Shown here: piece by piece, positions 40,540 through 48,816 of the stretch
Numbering within the stretch: the first letter of the stretch is position 1
How the letters are laid out: every line of letters begins with the position of its first letter
DNA from: a virus
Virus record (IMG/VR): IMGVR_UViG_3300046010_005562
Direction: 5' to 3' (one strand)
Length of the DNA: 64,000 nt
Notes under the pieces: generated by a model
What the model was told of the DNA's origin: nothing
Seen by the model: only the letters and a program-made list of their open reading frames with translations
Database searches by the model: none
Translations under genes and position numbers: made by a program

Positions 40540-41320
40540 ATCCTTGTTCTACTCTATGTTTAGCAACAATATAGTCGTATACAAATTGACTTCTTACTAT
40601 ATCAGTTACCTCAAACTCTACAACATTAAATCTATCCATAATGTTTGCGATTTTTAAAAATTTAGCAAACCCACTACATTCTCTAGTATTGATTAAATCA
40701 GATTGATGTATATCTCCAGAAAAAATTATTCTACAATTTTTACCTATTCTACCACAAACAGTATCAATTTCATGGAAATTGAAATTTTGAGCTTCATCAA
40801 TAATAATTAATGCATTATTAAAAGATAATCCTCTTAAAAATGAAGTATTTTCAAACTGAATTATATCCTTTTTAGATAATATTGAATATGCATCACCTCT
40901 ACTAAACAATTCATTACATATAGAAATATAAGGTGCTTCAAAAGGTTGAGCTTTTTCATCAACAGAACCAGGTAAATGTCCTATTTCCCTAGATTTAACT
41001 AAACTTCTACATATAATAATTCTTTCATAATCATTTTCTGAATAGAATAAATCATTTAATGCAAGATACATAGCTAAAAAAGTTTTTCCAGTTCCAGGAA
41101 ATCCACTTAGAATTAATTCTCTACCAGAATAATATGAATCAAAAGCTAATTTTTGATTATCTGTTAATGGTTGAATTTCCTTTAATACTAATTGTCCTGT
41201 ATTAGAATTTTGTGGTTTTCTTTTTCTGCCTTTTATCGAAGTTACATTATCCATCTCTCTATCTATCTCTGAAGATTTTAAGAATTTGCTGTTTAGTTTT
41301 CTTATTTTTGACATAAACAT
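40532..41320 (-). CDS. phoH: PhoH-like ATPase
   Basis: KEIQPLTDNQKLAFDSYYSGRELILSGFPGTGKTFLAMYLAL ... ALIIIDEAQN ... GKNCRIIFSGDIHQSD. Confidence 0.9.
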   Translation of the reverse strand: MFMSKIRKLNSKFLKSSEIDREMDNVTSIKGRKRKPQNSNTGQLVLKEIQPLTDNQKLAFDSYYSGRELILSGFPGTGKTFLAMYLALNDLFYSENDYERIIICRSLVKSREIGHLPGSVDEKAQPFEAPYISICNELFSRGDAYSILSKKDIIQFENTSFLRGLSFNNALIIIDEAQNFNFHEIDTVCGRIGKNCRIIFSGDIHQSDLINTRECSGFAKFLKIANIMDRFNVVEFEVTDIVRSQFVYDYIVAKHRVEQGYD

Positions 41321-41333
41321 CCTTGAAAAGAAA

Positions 41334-41353
41334 AAAGGGCAATATCTGCCCTT
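41334..41353 (-). terminator. Hairpin AAAGGGCA-ATATC-TGCCCTTT
   Basis: Perfect inverted repeat followed by T/A rich sequence between minus-strand genes. Confidence 0.5.
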
Positions 41354-41403
41354 TGTAGTTAATAGAAGTCAAAAAAACATTAATATACATAACAAAATTG
41401 TAT

Positions 41404-41646
41404 TTAGTCCCATCTGCTTTGAATATTATGACCTGGGGTATTTCTTTTAATTCTTTCGATAACTCCCTCTTGAAATTCTCTTGGTGGTTTTTTAATTCCT
41501 AAAGAAACAGAATCTGCAAAATTCATTGTTGTGAAAACTTGTTCTTCATTGGGATGATCAATTTTATATTGTTCATATTCAGAAATAGTCATAAATTTTT
41601 CTTCTATTTCTCCAGTGTCTTTATTCTTTATATCATAAATTGGCAT
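41404..41646 (-). CDS. Conserved phage hypothetical protein
   Basis: YDIKNKDTGEIEEKFMTISEYEQYKIDHPNEEQ pattern common in T4-like phages. Confidence 0.55.
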   Translation of the reverse strand: MPIYDIKNKDTGEIEEKFMTISEYEQYKIDHPNEEQVFTTMNFADSVSLGIKKPPREFQEGVIERIKRNTPGHNIQSRWD

Positions 41647-42303
41647 TTAATACCCCATATTTAATTTTTGAGCCTGTTCTGTTAATAAATCCAGAATTCC
41701 TTGAGAATACCAATTTGGTACTTCTCTACTATTTATCTTTCCTGACCATTGTGCGATATGTTGTTTGCTGTTTATATAGTAATTTCTATAAGACTTTATG
41801 GAATCATTTTTGATAACATATTCTTCAGGCATAGCTGGAGTAGGTTGCGTGAATAGACCTATCTTGATATTTTTTGGATACTCAGACAGTTTCTTAACCA
41901 AACCAATTTGCTCACACTTATGAACTTTACCATAACGGTAGGTATACTCACTACATAGTTCTACTAGCAATGAGTATAGCCAATCGTAGTTAGCTTTTGA
42001 AGCACGACACCAAATAGCACTAGGATGATTGATGTGAGTAGCTGCATATAAAATATTGTCACGATCATCAGAAAGTTTCCATTTTTTTACATTACGCCAA
42101 CGAACAGGAAATGATCCAGCAACTGCACGTTTTTCTACTGAATCAACACCATCAAGAACACGATGAGCAGTAGATAAAAGTTGACAATACTCAAGAATCA
42201 TCTTGATGCAGTGTTTGTCGTTGTGCATTTGAGCGCAAACTTTATAATTGTGGTCAAGATAAAATATATTCACAAAAACTCCACTTGTCGATTGTAAGAG
42301 CAT
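41647..42303 (-). CDS. Conserved phage protein (pyrimidine-dimer glycosylase-like N-terminus pattern)
   Basis: VFVNIFYLDHNYKVCAQMHNDKHCIKMILEYCQLLSTAHRVLDG. Confidence 0.5.
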   Translation of the reverse strand: MLLQSTSGVFVNIFYLDHNYKVCAQMHNDKHCIKMILEYCQLLSTAHRVLDGVDSVEKRAVAGSFPVRWRNVKKWKLSDDRDNILYAATHINHPSAIWCRASKANYDWLYSLLVELCSEYTYRYGKVHKCEQIGLVKKLSEYPKNIKIGLFTQPTPAMPEEYVIKNDSIKSYRNYYINSKQHIAQWSGKINSREVPNWYSQGILDLLTEQAQKLNMGY

Positions 42304-42364
42304 ATAGTATACGAGTTTTTCTACATCAAGTCAACACTTTTAATCTAAAATTTAAAAATAAATG

Positions 42365-43762
42365 TCAATAAAATTTTATCTTTCTAGATATAGCTTGTGC
42401 GTATTGTTCAGCAACCTCAGACCCTTTAGATTTTTCATCAAACTTAAACATCTTAGCATATCCAAATTTTTGAATTGTTGGAAGTTGTTTATTAAGTCTA
42501 TCTCCAATATCAGTTCTATATTGTGGAGAATTTCCAACTTCAATATTTTTTAAAATTTTATAAACTTTTTCTTTAGCTTCTGAAACAGTATCTCCACATG
42601 CAGTAGCAGTTAGAATATAATTTCCAGCAGTAACCCAACCATCAACTTCCTTTATTTTACCATCTGAAATTTTTAAAGTCTTTCCTATCTTAACTTCTGA
42701 AGGGTGAATATCATTCATATTAACCTTATCTAACTTAATAGGATAATCTTGTTCTTCGTAATAATCATCTGCTTTTTTAGGGTAAGATCCATTAGAAAGA
42801 ACAACACCTATACATACTTTATTATCCTTAACTTTTAAAGTATCCTTTCCTTTAATAAGATCTAACATCCATTCTGCAGGATCTCCTATATGTAATGCTT
42901 GTTGTATTTGCCATAATGGATATCCAAATCTTGAAGTAAATTCTAATGGATAAGGAGTTCCTGTTTTTTCGTCAATAATACAAGCAACATCAATATAACC
43001 ACAATAATTTTTTGATTTTAAATAAGGAATCAAAGGAGTTAGTAATTCTTCAGCTAGTTTAGATTTTTGAACATATCCTATTACAGTTCCTTGTTCTCCT
43101 GTATTTACTCCTAAATCTCCATTTAAATATTTTTTAAATTCAAAATTCTCTAAGTAGTATTTAGAAAATCCTCCTGGTCCATAAAAACCACCAACAGCCA
43201 TTTCAATACCAGGTTTAAATTCTTGTAAAATAAATGATTGTTTCTTTCCTTTTTCTTTCCATTTTTGTAGCATGAATATCATATCTTCAGCAGATTTAGA
43301 AACATATGATAATGATTTATCTGTTTCCTCTCCACAAGGTTTTGAAACCCAACGTTTATCTAGATTCTTTTTAACAAAGTTTATTCCAGAATCATAATCA
43401 TTAAATGGACCTTCATAGGGCATAGTTTCTATACCATATTTTTTAAATAAATCTTGCCCATAATTTCTATCTAATTCACATTTAGAAATATCATCATCAA
43501 TACCAAATATTGGATATCCTTTGTTTCTATAATTCTTCATTTCTTCCATTAAAATTATATTATCACAAAGAACAATTAAATCAGCCCAATCCATATATGG
43601 TTTATATTCATTTACTTTAGAAACAATACCATCTCCATATGTTGATATTATTCCTTTTTTTGGATTCATTGCTATGTGATATTTAACATCATGTTTGTTT
43701 AATTTACATCTCCATGCAAAATCCAAACAAAATCCTTCCGAATCTATTACTAGAATTTTCAT
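42365..43762 (-). CDS. purD: Phosphoribosylamine-glycine ligase-like (PurD-like) ATP-grasp protein
   Basis: MKILVIDSEGFCLDFAWRCK ... SKPCGEETDKSLSYVSKSAEDMI ... FILQEFKPGIEMAVGGFYGPGGF ... YPLEFTSRFGYPLWQ. Confidence 0.65.
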   Translation of the reverse strand: MKILVIDSEGFCLDFAWRCKLNKHDVKYHIAMNPKKGIISTYGDGIVSKVNEYKPYMDWADLIVLCDNIILMEEMKNYRNKGYPIFGIDDDISKCELDRNYGQDLFKKYGIETMPYEGPFNDYDSGINFVKKNLDKRWVSKPCGEETDKSLSYVSKSAEDMIFMLQKWKEKGKKQSFILQEFKPGIEMAVGGFYGPGGFSKYYLENFEFKKYLNGDLGVNTGEQGTVIGYVQKSKLAEELLTPLIPYLKSKNYCGYIDVACIIDEKTGTPYPLEFTSRFGYPLWQIQQALHIGDPAEWMLDLIKGKDTLKVKDNKVCIGVVLSNGSYPKKADDYYEEQDYPIKLDKVNMNDIHPSEVKIGKTLKISDGKIKEVDGWVTAGNYILTATACGDTVSEAKEKVYKILKNIEVGNSPQYRTDIGDRLNKQLPTIQKFGYAKMFKFDEKSKGSEVAEQYAQAISRKIKFY

Positions 43763-43911
43763 CTAAATTCCTTTATAAAATAATAGTATTTATCTTTATA
43801 CAGATTTTAATAAGTTTAAAATAATTCTTATAATCTAAGTCTATATCTAATAAAAAAGTTCTTGACTTTTTTTCTATCCTGTGTTACTATTACTCTGTAG
43901 TCGGATGATAA

Positions 43912-44109
43912 TTAAATATAAATTACTTCTGATCCTTGATTAATCATAACTATATTAGATACAACAAAATTAGTTAAATCTTTATTTGATCTAATATAAG
44001 ATAAAATATCATTTAAATTATCAGATACAAAAAATATAGTCTTTGATTGAACATCATTTGGTTCATTGAAATTTGTTAAAACAATTTCATAAATATTTTT
44101 CATAAACAC
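43912..44109 (-). CDS. Hypothetical protein
   Basis: Small open frame. Confidence 0.3.
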   Translation of the reverse strand: MFMKNIYEIVLTNFNEPNDVQSKTIFFVSDNLNDILSYIRSNKDLTNFVVSNIVMINQGSEVIYI

Positions 44110-44189
44110 CTCTTTTGAAATAAAATATATAGATACTTATATGGTGAAAATAAAACAAATTATAAATAATTATTTTAAGGATGACATAA

Positions 44190-44348
44190 ATGGCTAACGA
44201 ATATATACCTGATGAAAATGATAAAAAACGTTATGAAGAGGAAATTAAAAAAACTGCTGAATTTTTCAATAGAAAACCAGCAAGACAAGGATCTAATCAA
44301 GATCTTGATAAAATTAATGTAATTAAAACTGATAATAAAGATAACTGA
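44190..44348 (+). CDS. Small hypothetical protein MANEYIPDENDKKRYEEEIKKTAEFF...
   Basis: RBS-like AAGGATG upstream, open frame not in the ORF track. Confidence 0.45.
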   Translation: MANEYIPDENDKKRYEEEIKKTAEFFNRKPARQGSNQDLDKINVIKTDNKDN

Positions 44349-44350
44349 GT

Positions 44351-44500
44351 ATGGCTAAAACATATCGTAAAGAACCTTCTGATAAATTCAAAAAACCAAA
44401 AGTAAAAATTTCACAAAAAGATTCTTATAAGAAAAATAAGAAATCATTCGTAGAGAATTATGAAAAATTTGATGATTTATCTACTAGAAAAGTTGCTTAA
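44351..44500 (+). CDS. Small basic hypothetical protein MAKTYRKEPSDKFKKPKVKISQ...
   Basis: Start directly after previous stop, followed by terminator. Confidence 0.45.
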   Translation: MAKTYRKEPSDKFKKPKVKISQKDSYKKNKKSFVENYEKFDDLSTRKVA

Positions 44501-44520
44501 ATAGTATAAGATTATATTAT

Positions 44521-44543
44521 AAAGGGAGCTTTTTCACTCCCTT
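44521..44543 (+). terminator. Hairpin AAAGGGAG-CTTTTTCA-CTCCCTTT (bidirectional)
   Basis: Perfect stem between convergent genes. Confidence 0.75.
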
Positions 44544-44553
44544 TATAGTATTT

Positions 44554-45480
44554 TTAATAATTTCTTGATGCTCTTTGTCTTCTTTGCCAATAATGATTGG
44601 CAACATCATCTGTAAATCCATAATCTGACATTACTGGATATTGTTTACCTGTATGTGGATGAGTCCAAATTCCCATATTTCTAATTGAAATATCTCCTGG
44701 ATGAAATCCATTAGTAAACATCATATCAGCAACTTTATTAACGAATGGATGTTGCATAGTTTTTTCATGCAAACTATCAGTATGAGAGCGTGGAGTAAAT
44801 CCATCTAAGCCATTAGCATCTTTATGTTCTTTATTTAATGCATTATACATATCATCAAATTTAAGTCCTTTTGGATGAGATTCTGATACTGTTAATTTTT
44901 GAAAATCAGATTTTTTCATTGGAGATACATGACCCATTTCTAAATGATGATGGTCAGGATGTCTGTTAAAAACAGGTGCTAATACTCCATCTGGATTTGT
45001 TGAATATGATCCATCATGATTTTCTGATAACATACCAAAATTGTTAGATATAACATGATCTGACTCTGTTGAGTTTTGATGTTCACCTAATAATCTTTCA
45101 TCATTTCTTCTGAATTTATCTAATCTACCAGGAAATGCTATTTTTACAACTGTTTTAGCTTTAGTAGGAATTCCATCTAAAGTAATATTTTTAGGATCTT
45201 TTGGGAAGAAAACTGCTCTAGAAGAACCTTTTTTAGGTTTACTATTTTCTAATCCAGTATCTTCTCCCCTAGATAATAATTCTCTAGCTTTTTTAGTAAA
45301 ATTATTTAGTTTAGTAACAGCAGGATCAAATTTAGATGCAGTCCAAGGATTTTTTTCTAATCTTTTAGTTCTTTCTTCTTCACTTTCACTTGGCACATCT
45401 AATATAGATTGAAGTTCATTATGAATTTCTTCATCTATTATATAATAATTATTTTTATAAAATTCTTTAAATGATTTCAT
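44554..45480 (-). CDS. Candidate head-packaged effector, unknown fold, capsid-targeting-like N-terminus
   Basis: N-term MKSFKEFYKN; C-term FTNGFHPGDISIRNMGIWTHPHTGKQYPVMSDYGF, reminiscent of a kinase-like catalytic end. Confidence 0.5.
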   Translation of the reverse strand: MKSFKEFYKNNYYIIDEEIHNELQSILDVPSESEEERTKRLEKNPWTASKFDPAVTKLNNFTKKARELLSRGEDTGLENSKPKKGSSRAVFFPKDPKNITLDGIPTKAKTVVKIAFPGRLDKFRRNDERLLGEHQNSTESDHVISNNFGMLSENHDGSYSTNPDGVLAPVFNRHPDHHHLEMGHVSPMKKSDFQKLTVSESHPKGLKFDDMYNALNKEHKDANGLDGFTPRSHTDSLHEKTMQHPFVNKVADMMFTNGFHPGDISIRNMGIWTHPHTGKQYPVMSDYGFTDDVANHYWQRRQRASRNY

Positions 45481-45481
45481 T

Positions 45482-45910
45482 TTAATACTCTATTACAGAT
45501 GCTTTTATTTTTTTTCTTTTTTGAATTCCATATGTGGCTCTAGTATTTCCAGCTAACAAATGTTCATGACCAGTTTCTCTATGCTTTAGAATAATTGGAG
45601 TTTCTACCGATCTTGATTTTTTAAATATGTTTGAAACTCTTTTTTGTTTCTGTTTATTCAATTGTTTAAAAGCTCCTTTATCCGCAGCATCAGTATTATC
45701 CACATTTTTAATTTTGTTTTGATTATAATTTATAACTTTTGCTTTGGATAACGAAGATTTAAACTTTTTTGGATCAGATAAACGTTTCAGTTGTTTGTTT
45801 ACATGAGCATGTGAACTACTACCAACTTGAAATCCAATCTCACTTTGTTCTTTGTTCGGTTTTGGTTTTACCCAATAAATTTCTGATATATACTCTTTAA
45901 ATGTTTTCAT
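45482..45910 (-). CDS. Candidate head-packaged ParB/sulfiredoxin-like protein, capsid-targeting-like N-terminus
   Basis: Likely start MKTFKEYISEI inside the ORF; KKSRSVETPIILKHRETGHEHLLAGNTRATYGIQ is ParB/Srx-like. Confidence 0.55.
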   Translation of the reverse strand: MKTFKEYISEIYWVKPKPNKEQSEIGFQVGSSSHAHVNKQLKRLSDPKKFKSSLSKAKVINYNQNKIKNVDNTDAADKGAFKQLNKQKQKRVSNIFKKSRSVETPIILKHRETGHEHLLAGNTRATYGIQKRKKIKASVIEY

Positions 45911-46335
45911 CAGCAATTCCATTTTCTCAAAGATTTATTAATTCTAGAATTTGGATCTCTCGCAGTTTCAGCAGAAGTTAATTTCTTCTTCATACCCCTC
46001 ATTCTTTTACAAAATGATAATCTTCTCTTTGCTGCTTTACTTCCTTTTTTTAATTTAGATGGAGGAGTAGTTACAGCAGTTTGTAAGTTAGAACCTGGAT
46101 TCTCTCTACGATAAGATTCTACACCTTTTTTATTAAGACCACCTTCAGGATTTTTTCCTTCTTTTCTTTGCCATGCGGCAGTTTCATCTAAATCAACTTC
46201 TTCTGGAACACAATTAGGAACCATCTTTCCGTTTTTCTTTTTTAATCCTATTGCAGTATATCCTTTCCAACAAGATTTTTTTAATTCCCCTGTTGGTTCT
46301 TTTATCTCAGACATAAATTTTGTGAATGTTTTCAT
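45910..46335 (-). CDS. Small basic phage protein with capsid-targeting-like N-terminus
   Basis: N-term MKTFTKFMSEI; CWKGYTAIGLKKKNGKMVPNCVPEE ... FCKRMRGMKKKLTSAETARDPNSRINKSLRKW. Confidence 0.6.
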   Translation of the reverse strand: MKTFTKFMSEIKEPTGELKKSCWKGYTAIGLKKKNGKMVPNCVPEEVDLDETAAWQRKEGKNPEGGLNKKGVESYRRENPGSNLQTAVTTPPSKLKKGSKAAKRRLSFCKRMRGMKKKLTSAETARDPNSRINKSLRKWNC

Positions 46336-46346
46336 TTTCTTTTCTC

Positions 46347-46721
46347 TTATTTAAAATTTGCTTGCCATTGAGTGTTATTTGAAAAAAATCTTAAAACTTT
46401 TAATTCTTCCCCACCATAATAGTTAAAAGAATGAGGAGTATTTGAATATATCTCAATATAATCCCCTCTATTACATATTATTTTTATATTATTTATAATA
46501 AATTCTGCTTCTCCAGATAAAAATAATCTAGTTTCAAAATCATCATGAGTATGTGTATTAATAGTTATTGGTTCAATAGAATTAAATATATCATTATTTG
46601 GATATATTGTTTTTAATTTTGATAAAAATAAAGAAAAACTTTCTTCGTTTTCTATATCTATTTTTTGTTTTTTAAAAAGATTATTCATTATTTTATATAA
46701 GGAACAACATTTTTTTCCCAA
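46347..46721 (-). CDS. Small cupin-domain protein
   Basis: NTHTHDDFETRLFLSGEAEFIINNIKIICNRGDYIEIYSNTPHSF. Confidence 0.75.
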   Translation of the reverse strand: MGKKCCSLYKIMNNLFKKQKIDIENEESFSLFLSKLKTIYPNNDIFNSIEPITINTHTHDDFETRLFLSGEAEFIINNIKIICNRGDYIEIYSNTPHSFNYYGGEELKVLRFFSNNTQWQANFK

Positions 46722-47188
46722 TAACTTTTAGTTCCAATTTTATTCATAACTTTTTCTTCTGGACGTTCTTGTTTAATTTTATCGGTAACTTTTCCCCAAT
46801 CTTTAGATCTTTGTTTTGATTTTTCTACATCAAATCCTTTATAGTCATCACCAACCCATTGCCATTTATGATGCCAAATTTGGGGGTCTTTTTTCTGTTT
46901 AGTTATAGTTATTGATCCATCAGGTTTAACTTTATGTGACTCTCCAGAAATAGGTTCATCAGATTCATCGAAATCAGGAGAATGTATAAATGAAAATGTT
47001 CCTTCTTTCTTATTATGTTTTACTACATTATATCTATTTCTATGTTCTGAATTTAATTTAGATTTTGCTTTTTCTAATCCTTCTTGATCTGATATTAAAT
47101 TTTCATAATCTCTATGAATATAATGTTCTCCACCAATAACTTTACCTATTTTTCTTTCTTCATATATAAATTCTTTAAAAGATTTCAT
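46688..47188 (-). CDS. Hypothetical protein with capsid-targeting-like N-terminus
   Basis: N-term MKSFKEFIYEER. Confidence 0.5.
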   Translation of the reverse strand: MKSFKEFIYEERKIGKVIGGEHYIHRDYENLISDQEGLEKAKSKLNSEHRNRYNVVKHNKKEGTFSFIHSPDFDESDEPISGESHKVKPDGSITITKQKKDPQIWHHKWQWVGDDYKGFDVEKSKQRSKDWGKVTDKIKQERPEEKVMNKIGTKSYWEKNVVPYIK

Positions 47189-47754
47189 TTTTGTCTCACT
47201 ATAATATTTTGTCCTTTAACTTCTATATGATGACTATCTTCAGGGAAAACTTTTTTAACTTCTTCAATATAAGAAGATGTTGGTCTATGTTCTTGCCAAG
47301 AACTTCCTCTTCCTTTATCGGCTTTAGTTATTCTTCCATTACCTTTTTTATCTCCTTCATATACTGTAAAATGTACTATACCAGATTTTGGTTTCATGAA
47401 AAATTTTGCAGCTTTCATAGCTTCAATTCTATGTTCTGGTTCTTTTATTACATTTAATACATTATGCATTCCAACATAGTCAGAGTTCCCTTTAGCTTTT
47501 TTATGAACTTCTTTATTATGTTCTTCTGATCTATTAAAAGGATCATGAACATGAAGCTCAGACCCTTCTACTGAATTTTCTACATGAGATTTTCCAGCAT
47601 CATATCTTCCACCACCATGATCTACATTTGTACTATTTGGTTTGATTAATCCTTTAGAAACTGCATATTTTAACCCAGCAGAAACTTGATTTAATGATGT
47701 GTCTGCACTGGTATGTTCTTGAGTTTCATCTAAAAATTCTTTAAAAGTTAACAT
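47185..47754 (-). CDS. SAM-methyltransferase-like protein with capsid-targeting-like N-terminus
   Basis: N-term MLTFKEFLDET; TNVDHGGGRYDAGKSHVENSVEGSELHVHDPFNRSEEHN...NVLNVIKEPEHR. Confidence 0.6.
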   Translation of the reverse strand: MLTFKEFLDETQEHTSADTSLNQVSAGLKYAVSKGLIKPNSTNVDHGGGRYDAGKSHVENSVEGSELHVHDPFNRSEEHNKEVHKKAKGNSDYVGMHNVLNVIKEPEHRIEAMKAAKFFMKPKSGIVHFTVYEGDKKGNGRITKADKGRGSSWQEHRPTSSYIEEVKKVFPEDSHHIEVKGQNIIVRQK

Positions 47755-47779
47755 TTTATCTCCAACAATAGTTTTTTAA

Positions 47780-47787
47780 TATTTATA
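47780..47787 (-). promoter_or_regulatory. T4-type late promoter box TATAAATA on the minus strand
   Basis: TATTTATA on + strand, 26 nt upstream of the 47185..47754 gene. Confidence 0.5.
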
Positions 47788-47798
47788 TAAAAAAATAG

Positions 47799-47827
47799 TT
47801 GACAAGAACATTTTTTTGTGGTATAAA
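47799..47827 (+). promoter_or_regulatory. Sigma70-like promoter for pmoC (TTGACA-17-TATAAA)
   Basis: TTGACA 47799-47804, TATAAA 47822-47827, spacer 17. Confidence 0.8.
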
Positions 47828-47901
47828 TATAGTTGTGAAATGAATTGAATGGACTCTTTCGTAGAAAAGGACTTTGTTTATAAAACACAAGAGGTAATGA
47901 T

Positions 47902-48681
47902 ATGGCTACTTTAGCTAAAGATGTTAAAATTGTTGCAGATGCACCACTACTCAATAAGTCTTGGTTGACATTTGCATTCGGTATCTATACTGTATTTTAC
48001 ATATGGGTACGTTGGTATGAAGGTGTATATGGTTGGTCTGCTGGACTAGATTCATTTGCACCAGAGTTTGAAACTTACTGGATGAATTTCCTATATACTG
48101 AAATTGTTTTAGAAGTTTCTACGGCTTCTATTCTTTGGGGTTATATTTGGAAATCAAGGGATCGTAACCTTGCTGCAATTACTCCAAGGGAAGAACTTCG
48201 TCGTAATATGACTCACTTAGTCTGGTTATTTGCTTATGCAAATGCTATTTATTGGGGAGCCTCTTATTTCACCGAACAAGACGGAACTTGGCATCAAACT
48301 ATTGTTCGTGATACTGACTTTACACCAAGTCATATTATTGAATTTTACTTGACTTACCCAATCTACATCATCACTGGATTTGCTGCATTCCTATATGCTA
48401 AGACAAGACTTCCTTATTTTGCTGAAGGTCTAAGTCTTCCTTATCTAGTAACTGTTGTAGGTCCATTTATGATTCTACCAAACGTAGGTCTAAATGAATG
48501 GGGTCATACCTTCTGGTTCATGGAGGAACTTTTTGTTGCCCCTTTGCACTATGGGTTCGTGTTCTTTGGTTGGCTTGCTTTGGCTATTGCTGGTGTATTG
48601 CTACAGGTGTTCTCATCTTTTGCTGGTCTGATTGGAGATCAAATTGTTGAGTCTGTAGACAAAGGATTGGTAGCTAAGTAA
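47902..48681 (+). CDS. pmoC: Particulate methane monooxygenase (or ammonia monooxygenase family) subunit C
   Basis: Full-length PmoC pattern: WLTFAFGIYTVFYIWVRWYEGVYGWSAGLDSFAPEFETYWMNFLYTEIVLE ... HQTIVRDTDFTPSHIIEFYLTYPIYIITG ... LNEWGHTFWFMEELFVAPLHYGFVFFGW. Confidence 0.97.
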   Translation: MATLAKDVKIVADAPLLNKSWLTFAFGIYTVFYIWVRWYEGVYGWSAGLDSFAPEFETYWMNFLYTEIVLEVSTASILWGYIWKSRDRNLAAITPREELRRNMTHLVWLFAYANAIYWGASYFTEQDGTWHQTIVRDTDFTPSHIIEFYLTYPIYIITGFAAFLYAKTRLPYFAEGLSLPYLVTVVGPFMILPNVGLNEWGHTFWFMEELFVAPLHYGFVFFGWLALAIAGVLLQVFSSFAGLIGDQIVESVDKGLVAK

Positions 48682-48684
48682 AAA

Positions 48685-48726
48685 GTTACTTTAAAGTAAC
48701 GAAAGGGGGCTTCGGTCCCCTTTTTT
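48685..48726 (+). terminator. Palindrome GTTACTTTAAAGTAAC followed by intrinsic terminator AAAGGGGGC-TTCG-GTCCCCTTTTTT
   Basis: Direct reading after pmoC stop. Confidence 0.9.
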
Positions 48727-48731
48727 ATTGC

Positions 48732-48760
48732 TTTACTTTTGGTAAAAAATGATGTATACT
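48732..48760 (+). promoter_or_regulatory. Sigma70-like promoter (TTTACT-17-TATACT) for the NAD salvage gene
   Basis: TTTACT 48732-48737, TATACT 48755-48760; 5' UTR hairpin AAGAAGG/CCTTCTT follows. Confidence 0.65.
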
Positions 48761-48816
48761 AAATACAAGTAAGAAGGATAGACCTTCTTATGTCAATAAA
48801 ACATAGGAGTTATGTT

